NCBI RefSeq assembly: GCF_006345805.1
Contig: NC_042999.1
Location: 38,564,001-38,628,000 of the forward strand
Reading direction: 5' to 3'
From: Octopus sinensis
Lineage: Eukaryota
Length of the DNA: 64,000 nucleotides
In this document: positions 52,608-64,000 of the stretch, one piece after another
Numbering within the stretch: the first letter of the stretch is position 1
How the letters are laid out: every line of letters starts with the position of its first letter
Notes under the pieces: generated by a model
Database searches by the model: none
Told to the model about the DNA's origin: nothing
What the model saw: the letters and a program-made list of their open reading frames with translations, nothing else
Position numbers and translations under genes: made by a program

Positions 52608-52792
52608 ATCTCTTTTACTCTTTTACTCTTTTACTTGTTTCAGTCATTTGACAGTGGCCATGCAGGAGCACCGCCGTTAGTCGAACAAATCAACCCCAAC
52701 TTATTCTTTGTAAGCCTAGTACTTATTCTATCGTTCTCATTTGCCGAACCGGTAAGTTACGGGGGCGTAAACACACCAGCATCGGTTCAAGC
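52608..52792 (-). mobile_element. SINE family B, 3' half
   Basis: (ctctttta)n cttgtttcagtcatttgac..ggccatgc.ggagcaccgcc...cagcatcggtt. Confidence 0.85.
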
Positions 52793-53559
52793 AATCTAAT
52801 GATCTATTCCCCAGAACGGTATTTTGTTTGTTTGTGCGTGTGTGTGTGTGTGTCTATGTGTGTGTGTATTCACACACATACATACATACATGCATACACA
52901 CATACACACATACACACATACATGCATACATACATGTATACACATACACATACAGACAGACACACGCACACACACATATATTTACGCGTTTTGAAGAAAA
53001 AGCAGGAGAACAGTACTCAATACAGGAAGATATATATGTTTATATATATATGCATGGGCATACATATGTTTAAAAGGCTAAAAACTATACCATCTGAATT
53101 ACAACCACACAAGCAACAAATAAACACACACACACGTACACACATGTATTTACGTGTGCATGCATCATGTAGTGCATACCAGGCATGAATTTGATTTGAA
53201 ATAAGCAGCTGCAAACGTAACACCTAACACAGAATCAATAAAAATAAAATTTTCAACTCTCTAAAAATTTTACTTTATTAAATTCGTTATAGCTCACTGC
53301 TAGAAAGATACCATTAAGCATCACTGACATTAAAGACGGCTGAATATGTTTCTGCAATAAATAACGTCTGGCCAGTTTGTTGAATTTGCATTGGTAACAT
53401 ACATAGACAGAGATACCGGAAGAAAGCAGCTTATAAGAGAATAGGGAAGCCAACATCGTGACAGTAATGGAAATAGAAACCAATCAGTTATAAAAATTGC
53501 ATAATCTTATACTGATAATCTCTTCATATTTTCCGCCCATTCTAAGTTAATCATTCACA

Positions 53560-53563
53560 CATA

Positions 53564-53604
<41 letters not shown>

Positions 53605-53633
53605 ATATGCGTATGTATATATATATATACGTA

Positions 53634-53714
<81 letters not shown>

Positions 53715-53790
53715 ATGCGTGTGTGTGTATGTATATATATATGTTTGTGTGCGTGTATAGTTACATACATATATTTATATATATATACAT

Positions 53791-53845
<55 letters not shown>

Positions 53846-53862
53846 TATGTATATATAATATA

Positions 53863-53900
<38 letters not shown>
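53560..53900. repeat. (TA)n-rich microsatellite tract
   Basis: Direct reading. Confidence 0.96.
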
Positions 53901-53901
<1 letters not shown>

Positions 53902-55633
53902 CGCTTATAAATATTGATTTACAATATACATGCATATTTCCATACATTCATATGCACATATATGTATACAATAGATGTTGTTAGCTGTTTCATTGTATCT
54001 ATATAGTGAGAGGATTTTGTAACAGAGCAAGTACACAACTACTCGTCAATAATATACCCGAATACAAACCCAACCGCTTACACACATGTGTACATACATA
54101 TACTTACATAACTACACACACACACACACAAATACACACACACACACAGGCATATAAATGTATAATGTTTTTGTGAAAATGTATGTACCTACGTGTGTAA
54201 GCATTTGAGTATGTTTTATATCCATCTTCTATGTATATCACTAATTCTATCTATACTTACAGTCTGTCTGACTGTATGTCTGTCTCTCTCTGTTACGTAT
54301 ACATACACCCATGTCTGTGTGCGTGTGTGTGTACCTACCTGAGTACGTGTGTATATGGATATGTGTGTGTGAGCGTGTGTGTGCGTGTGTGTGTGTGTGT
54401 GCGTGCGAACGCATCTATTCATCTTCCTATGTCTATTCGCAACACTTCCAATCGTGAGAAAACATTTAGTATTATTTATTATTTTTGTCGCCGTAGGATA
54501 TGACGAGCTTTGGAGACATTTGTTACAATCACAGTAAGCTTTCAATCTAATGTAACTGCAATAGATATAGATTGAGTTTTATAGAGATCTCACTATGTTA
54601 ACATTAAACATTTCGGACACGTAGAAAATTCAGAATCGTAGCAAAATAAATTTGATCACCTCTCATAATAAAATACGTTTGTGTATTGCGTAACTTTTGT
54701 TGTTTATACAAGAACGGAACGAACTAGCTTCTGCAACGTCTATCTGAGTGGAATGAGTAACTGATAGTGAAAACTAAAACTAACTTTTTGTCGAAAGAAA
54801 CATGGCGATTGATTGGTGAATCCTCAACAGTAAAATTATTATGATGAACTTCAGATAAACTGAAGTTTTATAGAAGACACCAAGAAGAGATTTTTATTGA
54901 ACAAATAAATTTCACAAATTTAAAATACCGCAAACAGAAAACAGAGAAGTCATAGCAGGTATTCTCTAACGGAGTCTTTTGGTGTACTATTACTCTGTCA
55001 TCATGTATCAACACATACACATGCACACATACACACAAGCTCATGCACACACATACGTGCTCGCTCACACACACGCACATACACAAACACGAACACACGC
55101 ACACATACACACACATTCACACTCATAAATCTCCTTAATATCTTTATAGTACAGTTCATGGCAACAGCCTTTGGTATATTTGACAGTGGCAGATTTCTAT
55201 TTCAGAAAGTAAGAATAAATTACAATTCAACATATACTTCGTGCACCCCTAAAATTAAATTACTTATGAGGAGAAATAATGAGTTTGAATCGTAACTGAA
55301 ATAATTTAAAATAAAAGGTAATGCTATTACAATAGAAATAAGATGCATACTCATGGAATATTGTTTTTCTCATATATTTATAAAATCCAGCTAGCTGGGC
55401 CCCGAGCCGTCAAACATGACGGCTAATTGTAGCATTTTACTTAAAATAAGGTTCAAAATCTAGATTTTGGTTTAATAATTCTCTTATTACTAATTTTTGG
55501 GTGAAAAATTTATCTGCAACTAATATCATTTGACTGCTTCTTTCCTTCAAAAGAATTTTCAAGATTCCCTTTCTTCTTGTCCGACTTAAAGCTGGCCTTG
55601 ACTAAACAAGGGAGCTGTCAAGTAAATACCAAA

Positions 55634-56114
55634 TACACAGGGTTGAAACGCTGTTTGATTTATCTTTTTCACCGTACAGTTTCCATCATCCCAATACGAA
55701 GTTTGCCATCACTCCTTCCTTCTTTATTCATCTATCACTCCTTCCTATCTCATCCATATGTTGTGACGGAGAATAACACAAGAGTATTATCATAGTAGAT
55801 AAGGTACAATACCAAGTTTTTAGTTTAATAATTATTTTACTACTAAACTTCAATGTTAACCATCCAACTTCCATTGCGCGCGCACCCGCACACACATAAA
55901 CACACATACACACACATGCATACACACACATTCACATAACCCCCCTTTTTACATACTCACATATATTCACACAGAGTTGAAACGCCGTTTGATTTTTTCA
56001 GCGTACAATTTTCATCATCCCACTACCAAGTATGACATCACCCATGTTCTTCCTTATTCATCAATCACCCCTTCCTTTCTCATTCATAAACACAAGAGTA
56101 TTATTATAGTAGAT
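55634..56114 (+). repeat. Diverged ~150 bp direct repeat (55634-55800 and 55968-56114)
   Basis: acacag(g/a)gttgaaacgc.gtttgattt...catcatccca...acacaagagtattat.atagtagat occurs twice. Confidence 0.8.
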
Positions 56115-56624
56115 TTCCTCAGTAATCATGGAAGCTATGAAAAAATACAAAGCCCAGCAACACCACCGGATCATTCTATACATCTATGTATTTTTCGCGC
56201 AATTCTACCAAGCCGTTCAACCATGAATCCCAAGGCAAGAAAATATACAAGAAAGAATCGCCCATGTCAAATTTATATGTATAGATTAGATATAAGAAAC
56301 AACTGGCCAAACATATTAGGCCGAAATTTAAACTGAAGATTTTCTGAAAGATTAATATGACACATAATACATGTAGCACATAATGTAATTTGGCTACTAT
56401 AAATTATCATTCACTTGTAATTTTTTATTTCAACGTTTTCTATTTTTTTTTTATCTTGCTGTCTCGCACACTAAGTGTAGTTTAACTATATTCTAATTCG
56501 CGTTTTATCGCTTACTCTTCAAACGCGCAACTTAATAGAGTATGCAAAAGATACTGGATAAAAGTCTTTGAATATTTTGTTGTAGATGTATGAGAATGTT
56601 GATTTTTAGATTTTGGCACAAGTC

Positions 56625-56820
56625 CAGCAATCCCAGGGAATAGAGTATGTCGATTACACCGACGATCGGTCCCAGAGTTCAGCTGATACTTATTTTATCG
56701 ACTCCGATGGGATGAAAGGCAAAGTCGACCTTCGCAGAATTTGAACTCAAGACGTGAAAATTGACTTAATACCGCTAAGCATCTTGCCCGGCGTGCTACT
56801 GATTCTTCGAGTTCGCTGCC
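56625..56820 (-). mobile_element. SINE family A, diverged
   Basis: tttatcgactccgatgggatgaaaggcaaagtcgaccttcgcagaatttgaactc is the reverse complement of the core. Confidence 0.8.
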
Positions 56821-57354
56821 CTGATGTACGAGAGTATTACATGAACAACGTAAATACTAGAAATATCGGAAATAACTTGCCGTGTTTTCTATCAATTCGT
56901 AACACTACAAGTAAATGTTGGGCGCGTAATTTCTGTTGAGATCGACCATTCACTTGATTTGGACTAAAACTGGCATCCTCAATTCAAGACTATGGTCAAT
57001 TTTCTTTCACCAAGTGAATATTTTTATTTTTATGTCTTACTCTTTGAATACGTACGATTGTATTGCTTCGAAGCAATAAGACTGCTTAGTTGATTGTTTT
57101 TACTGTTTTATTGACAATAATTCGAATATTTTAGATCTGGTGAGTTTAAGTTGAGTTTTGAAAAGTATGGTATCCTATGGTCAGTTTCAACTCTCCTTTT
57201 GGAAAATAATTCGCAATTATTGACCAATGAGATGCCGCTGCTTGTCTTCTAGTTTCAGAATAGAGGCTGGAGACAGATTTGGTTCTAAGATGCATAAAAT
57301 TGAATGAATGTGGAAAAGAGATGTTAAGTGTTTGAAGGGAGTGCACTGGCAGTT

Positions 57355-59490
57355 TGAAACGTGGAGAAATTCTGTACTGGAGTCTGAGGCTTAAGTTTCT
57401 ATCCTATTCTTTTTTGGAGTATTTGCGTGAATATGTATGTGCGCGTATTTGTGTGAATTCGGGGTAAATATCCATGCATATTTATATGGAATTGACATAT
57501 ATTTATCTGGAATAATGTTTAGAGGTCCCCTAAGGCCACTTTGTATAGGTGATTACTATCGTATTCTGCAAACAATATAGAAAAATTTATAAATAAGGAG
57601 TTGGCAGACCTTAAGTAAGCATATTTTATCTAGGCTTGTGACTGTTGAAATTATTTTTTTATTCACATATATATTTTCATTCAGATTATGTCTGCCTTTG
57701 CTACTTCTCATCATAAGTGCCTAAGCAGTTCTGATAAAGTTTGCGATATCTGTATCAGTTTGACTGCACATTAGTGAACCAAGGCTATTTTGCACATTCC
57801 AAAATAAAAAGTTGGTGGTTTAGACAAGTCTCGGGATTATCACACGGTATGCAAGTAGTATGTCAAAAGACCATTGATGTGAACGAAGGAAACACGTGAT
57901 AAGTTGGCATTTACCAAACCTATGATTTGGCAACATGCAAATGATCATTGCACACACTGTTACCTATTAGTGAAATTTTGTCCAATTGAGGTACTCGTGA
58001 AATTTTTGTCCAAATGAAGTTTCGTGAAATCTTCAGGATATAACAAGAAAAACAAATGTGAAGTCGAGTATCCTAGTCTACCATCAGCTATACGTCCAGT
58101 GATTTATTCAGCTGAAATCTAGTTGCAATTTTCGTTCATCTACCCTTTCTTGAAGATCTGGAGCGTGAGGAAGATTCAGTGACAGCAATGATGTACATTT
58201 TGAAACTGAATATGACTGAACGTTTTGGAAAGAGACTTGAGTCTATCTAACGGTTTAGAACACCTTCCATCAGGAATAAATGAGACAAATTTTACTCGAG
58301 TGAGGAGCGAATGTATCCTAATTTCGACCCAAAGAAAATGAATTTCTGCACTACTTTCGAAGTGACTGTAGGTTTGTGTGGTTTCATAACATGTAGACTG
58401 TCCTGGAGGAATTGGGAAATCTGATTCGCAACTCAAGTGAATTGTGACTGTTCGTCGCTTGACCCAAGCAGTACTTAAAATGTCTGCTCCACAATACTGG
58501 TTTATATATTGCAGGCCTAATTGGCTATTTAGTTTGTATTCTTGGAGAATATGGAGACATGAAGAGAGTCACTAAGTTCCTTCAATATCACAATCACAAG
58601 TAGATCATCTGTGTTAACCTTAAGATGTTATGCATCCGTCTTCGTCAGCAACGAGCGTCCTTGCTTTCTGCTTATGTGCGACAGTAGACTTCGAGTGAAG
58701 CATTGGGGAGAGGAGAATTGGCCTCCAGCATTTGATCTGAAACTAGTGATCGCAATATTCTACATGAGTCAAGGAAATTATATTTACCTCTGGACATGAA
58801 GCTGAATCTTATGAAGCATTTCGTTCAAGCATTACCAAGTACCTCATTTGGACAAAATTGAAGGTTGGTGTGTTTGATGGTTCACGAAATAATTAGGTCA
58901 ACAAGGATGAACATTTCATAGGGACAAAATCAGATCTAAAACGAATGCCAGGTCGAGAACCTTTCTGAAAATACAAAAGCAAAGAATTACACCGAAATTG
59001 TCCAGAATTTAAGGAAGAGTTACACAAAATTCGGTTGCAACATGAGTGCAAAGTTGTATTTTCTAAACAGACATCTTGTTAACTTCTATGAAAATTTTGG
59101 TGATGTCAGTGATGAGCAAAGTGGAAAAGTTTGAAGGTCATGGAGAAAGATATCAGAGTAGATGGAATTAAAAAAACTACCAGCTCGCAATTTGAGTTAT
59201 ATTAACAATAGCCATTGTATGAACATAATAGAAATTTTAAAAACATTACACTCAAGCATGTTTTAATATTTTCCATTGTATTTAAATTAATTAAAAAAAC
59301 ATTTTATAAAATAAACACAAATTTGTTAGATTCGGTATTTTAATGCATTTATGACAAAGAGCGTCTATCCCGTAGGTACAAATTTTGATGTGATATAGAA
59401 AAACGGATATCATTTTTGGATTCAGAGGCGAAACGTTAGTCAAAAACAAGCGTCAGACTTAACTCAAAGAAAATTGTGTTTCATATTGTA
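57355..59490 (+). mobile_element. Decayed DNA transposon, Chapaev3-like (CMC superfamily)
   Basis: From ATG 57688: MSAFATSHHKCLSSSDK; KPMIW; EYPSLPSAIRPV; ICVNLKM..RQQ; PCFLL.CDSR..H..ENWP; PLDMKLNLMKHFVQAL; KVGVFDG; NMSAKLYFLNRHL..FYENFGDVSDEQ. Weak terminal inverted similarity (agtctgaggctt / aagcgtcagact). The family name rests on recalled motifs. Confidence 0.6.
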
Positions 59491-60984
59491 ATCAGTTACA
59501 AGGACAAAACGTCTTTAATAATATTGAAATAATACATTTCAAATATAAAAATATATCTAATATTAAACATATATGGAATTCCGTATTTTTATTTTTGAAA
59601 CGAAACGATAGATTCAGGATTCCGATTCCGAGATAATTTGAACAGATTTAAATGATGTGATTACTATTTATTCCGAAGTTGGTTTAATTATGTTGCCGTC
59701 CATGTTGTTGCACGATGCAGTGTTTTGTAGAGTTGTTGTTGTTTATGTTCTTGCTGCTGATGATTGTTGTTTTTATCTTCTCGCTTCCTAGTATCCGATA
59801 ATACAGTAATCAGATCACTAAAGTCGAAATTCAATTTATGTGTAAATCGTTTTAATTATATCAGCTCAATTCTCGACACATCACAAGATTTTCTGCCAAT
59901 GATTAAATGCCTTGCGTCAAAACAGACACGTAGAAAAAGAAGAAACGGAAAAGTTAACAACAGTCAAGTTTAAGAGATAAAAATTAAATAATACATAAAT
60001 AACAAAAGGCATATAACAACTCTAAAATACATTCTTGAATGGAGTAGAATGAAAAAGTTAAAAACAACCGATAAACATATAACGTTAAATCCGTTTATTT
60101 AATTTCCCATTGTAAAGATATCACAGTTGCAAGAATAATATTAATGGATGCTGCTTCGACAGCATATAATAAATATTTATTGAAATCTGGTTATATCCCT
60201 GTCATACAACTGCATAGAGATTGTGGAAAATTTTAAATCGTAATTACATTTCGCCTAATGACAGATTTATAGCTCTGAATAATGTTTATACCTGTGTGGT
60301 GTGATTTGCATTTACAATGATCTAGCTGAGATTTGAATATGTGCAAAGGAAGACTTACAGCACTAAGTTATATTTATGTGTATATATGTATGTTTGTATA
60401 TATGTGTATATATGTATGTTTGTATATATGTGTATATATATAAGTATATATATGTATATATATAGTTTGTGTGTGTATATGTAAGAATGTATATGTATAC
60501 GTATGCATTAATAGTTTGTCATTTGAGTTTGTTTTAAAGTTTCATAGGCGTAAAAGAACACCTGATTTTTGAGATAGCTTCGAATATATACATAGATATT
60601 TATATCGATATATACTTATAACTCACATACAGACATACACATAAGCACATGCACACACATTTATCAAATACGAAATATATACGCATATATGTATTCAATG
60701 AAGAGAAGATGGACTCGGTTTATCGATGCATGACTGACTGGAACTTATTAGAATACAGTCTTGGTTACGAATGATATTTATCGTTCATTTATTAATTGCT
60801 TCAGTCATTGGATTGCGGTCATTCTGGGGCACCATCTTGAAGGGTTTTAGTCGAACGAACCAACGCTAGTATTTATTTGAAGACCAGTACCTCATGAATG
60901 ACTTTGATCGAAACGCTAGATTCGCGACCGACTTTATATTTCATCCTTTAGATGTCGATAAATGAGCATTGGGGGTCAATATAA

Positions 60985-61195
60985 TGGAATTGCAGTGAGC
61001 TGGCGAAATCATTAGCACGAATATCAAAATACTTAACGTTGTTTCGTCTGTCCTTACGTTCTGAGTTCAAATTCCGTCGACGTCGACGTTGCCTTTCATG
61101 ATTGCGGGTCGATAAAATGAGCACCAGCTGTATACAGTGGTCGATGAAATCGACTTTACCTCTACCTCAAGATTTTCAGGCCGTGTGCCTATAGT
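60985..61195 (+). mobile_element. SINE family A, diverged
   Basis: gcagtgagctggcgaaatcattagcacg...gagttcaaattccgtcgacgtcgacgttgcctttcat. Confidence 0.75.
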
Positions 61196-61433
61196 AAAAT
61201 TATTATTAGGAGTGTTAAGGCAATTTAGAGAGATTTTCCTTTTAACAGTAATGTCGGAGTATCAGAAATTAGTGGTAAATGTCCTTTAAGTATACACTAA
61301 CCGCATAGGCGCAGGTTCGGCTATGTGGTAAGAAGGTTGCTACCCAACCACATGGTTCTGGGTTCTACTATAATGTCGGGTCGACCAAAGCCTTGTAAGT
61401 GAAATTGTTTAGACGGAAACTGAAGGAATATCG

Positions 61434-61524
<91 letters not shown>

Positions 61525-61541
61525 ATATATATATATATATA

Positions 61542-61754
61542 TATCTGTAAAATAATATGTAACAATTATTCGGTGGCCAAGATAAAACTCTGAGTTTCGG
61601 ATGCCGAGGTGGAAATCCAAAACACCATCTCTTCGGTTATTTTTCAGATGGCCAGAGAACCGAAGAGGTGGTGTTGTGGATTTCCACCTCGGCATCCGAA
61701 ACTCAGAGTTTTATCTTGGCTACCGAATAATTGTCTCATATTATTTTACAGATA
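61542..61754. repeat. Foldback palindrome/MITE (~97 bp arms, ~19 bp spacer)
   Basis: tatctgtaaaataatatg..aactctgagtttcggatgccgaggtggaaatcc..ctcttcggtt is mirrored by aaccgaagag..ggatttccacctcggcatccgaaactcagagtt..catattattttacagata. Confidence 0.93.
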
Positions 61755-61820
61755 AATTTCCTCTATTTACATAATATTGAGTTCTCTTTCTTTCTTTGGT
61801 TATCTTACCAGAAAGAATAA

Positions 61821-62141
61821 AGGAGAATTTGTTGTTGAAAATGCATCGAAATTTGAAAACCTTGTAATCGTTTTTAAATAAATCTATTTACACATATACC
61901 AAACTAGTTCCAACAACTTTTTGTTTCTCAATGGTATAAACGTATGCGATTCTAAAAATTAAAAATTGCGAAGTAGAAAATATGCTTAATGTTTAAATGT
62001 TCAAAAATTTCAATGAAATCAAAAATGATCGGCGAAACAAAAAAAATTGTTCAAAAAACTAGTTTGGTATGTACATAAATTTATTTAAAAACAATTATAT
62101 GTTTTTCAAATTGAGATGCATTTTCAACAACAAATTATCCT
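61821..62141. mobile_element. MITE with ~90 bp imperfect TIRs
   Basis: aggagaatttgttgttgaaaatgcatc...taccaaactagtt vs aactagtttggta...gatgcattttcaacaacaaattatcct. Confidence 0.8.
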
Positions 62142-62569
62142 ATATTTGTATGTGTGTGCGTGTGTCCGTGTGTCCGTGTATACATGTGTGTGTGTGTCTT
62201 TGTGTCTGTGTTTCTACCACTTAACATCTGGTGTTGTTGAGTTTATGTATCCTTAACATAGAGGTTGCGCAAAGGAGACCTATAGAATAAGTACCAGGCT
62301 TTTGAAAATAAGTCCTGGGGTCGATTTGTTTGACTAAAACATTTCAAGGAAGTGATCCAGCATGACAGGGTTCAAATGACTGGAACAATTATCCCATAAA
62401 AGCTAATTATAATCAGTTTGTAGAATCCGTAGTCTTCTTTGAATGCTGCTATAAAAAAATTAGGTTTATACGCCTATATCTATAAAAGAGAGGTTCTGTG
62501 TGTGTGTGTGTGTGTGTGTGTGCGCGTGTGTGAGTGTGTATGTGTGTGCGTGCGTGCGCGTGTGTGTGT

Positions 62570-62615
<46 letters not shown>

Positions 62616-62780
62616 ATGCACGTATGATCCCTACGCATCCAAAACCGAGTTGCCGACTTTGAAGTATGGGATATGAAGAGATTCAGTACTATTTCGCTAC
62701 CAACTAAACTTTATTTTCATGGAAATGTTTCCATTACAAAAATTTTAAATTATTGTTTTTTCCATACATGAACTATCGTA

Positions 62781-62990
62781 GAGGCTAAACACAGAGAGGA
62801 CAAAGAAAGACAGACAAACGGATAAAGCCGATTATATCGACCCCAGTGCGTAACTGGTAATTATTTAATCGGCCCCGAAAGGATGAAGGCAAAGTCGACT
62901 TCGGCGGAATTTGAACACACAACGTAAACACAGACGAAATACTTCTAAACATTTCGCCCGGCATGCTAAAGTTCCTGCCAGCTCGCCGCT
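62781..62990 (-). mobile_element. SINE family A
   Basis: cccgaaaggatgaaggcaaagtcgacttcggcggaatttgaac...ctgccagctcgccgc. Confidence 0.9.
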
Positions 62991-63179
62991 TTTTTTTTTG
63001 AGATTAGCTTTCAGCATGGGGATCTTGCAGGCAGTATCTTACTTTCTGCAATATGAATACTTCTACGTCACACAATTCTTTAAATCCGTAAGTCTAAGTC
63101 AATTTGAAATTTGAGGGTAATGTTAGCATTTCTTTCTAGTCTAAGCTGCCATTCTACATCTTTTTGGTGTCAACATTTT

Positions 63180-63338
63180 CAGCATTGTTCCTCACAAAAT
63201 AACCGAGAAGCATGTTTATAAAGAAGAGTTGTTTGCTTCACACTCCTCATGTCTCAATTCTGCACATAGATAAAAAACAAATAATACAATGTTGCTGTAG
63301 GTCATAACACCCGGGTAACGCCGGGATGCATTACTAAT
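63180..63338 (+). mobile_element. Possible Helitron 3' terminus
   Basis: KITEKHVYKEEL resembles the T.NVVYKEVL helicase end; GC hairpin cccgg-gtaacg-ccggg (63310-63325) followed 8 nt later by CTAA-T. Confidence 0.4.
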
Positions 63339-64000
63339 GATATATATACATATATAATTTCAATAATGCGAAAATGTTGATTTGTTTAGCTACATTTAAT
63401 TTTGTCGCGATTTTCTTCTTCTCTAATGAGTTAAGTTGTTACTTTATAAGTAGTTATGTTACTTTCTTTATAAGTAGTTATGCTATCATAAAGAATTATT
63501 TGATGCGTGTGGAAATGATAATCCGTTTTATCTTCTTCTACGAAGATATGTGATAAATTTTCATATGAGCACCACAAAACTAGCATGCTGACGTCGTACA
63601 ATATTTTTCGTCTTAAACCTCAGAGAATAATTAAAAATATACTTCATCTAGATTATTTTACATAGCAATCAAGGACTAATATCTTTGTAGTTTATCATTT
63701 TATTGAACTCACTATAATTTAAAGATAATCCAGCTTGATCAGAAATATATATTCGGACACACATATATGTGTGCATGAATTTGTGTCTATATATTCTTGC
63801 ATTTATGTATGTTTATGTGTATGGGTGTATTTGTGTAAATTAGTGCTTGCTTGTTTGAGTATATATGCATGTATATAGCGAAAGTATCTGTTGATCTGTA
63901 TGATGTTATTTAGCTAAGTATACGTATATATATTCAATATTTAATGTGACAATTTTCGAGATAATTTGCTTGTGCTTATTTCGTAGGCGCATGCGCGGTT

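Larger units (their letters stand above)
61308..62387 (+). mobile_element. SINE family B split by insertions in its internal microsatellite
   Basis: Head 61308-61432 (ggcgcaggttcggctatgtggtaag..acggaaactgaag); tail about 62190-62387 (..gatagaataagtacc..ggggtcgatttgtttgact..tgactggaacaa). Confidence 0.7.

Overview
AT-rich, microsatellite-dense animal genomic DNA. The SINE and LINE repertoire resembles Octopus/cephalopod repeats, but this taxon call is an inference from recalled family consensus motifs. I recognise no host protein-coding exon, tRNA or rRNA gene, so the window looks intergenic or deep-intronic. Most ORFs in the supplied track are translations of (TA)n, (TATC)n, (TTA)n or (TTC)n repeats. 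The interpretable content is decayed mobile DNA: four tRNA-headed SINE families; Hero/NeSL-like, R4/Dong-like, RTE and Penelope-like (PLE) retroelement remnants; mariner, maT-like, pogo-like and Chapaev3-like DNA transposons; probable Helitron ends; and several long palindromes or MITEs. The most notable signal is a set of four minimal type I hammerhead-ribozyme motifs (13396-13441 +, 32386-32431 -, 38591-38668 -, 51756-51789 +), each with a palindromic stem III. One is the 3' module of a tRNA-headed SINE. Also notable are SINE multimers with the same junction at two loci and a covarying 3' stem-loop shared by two SINE families.
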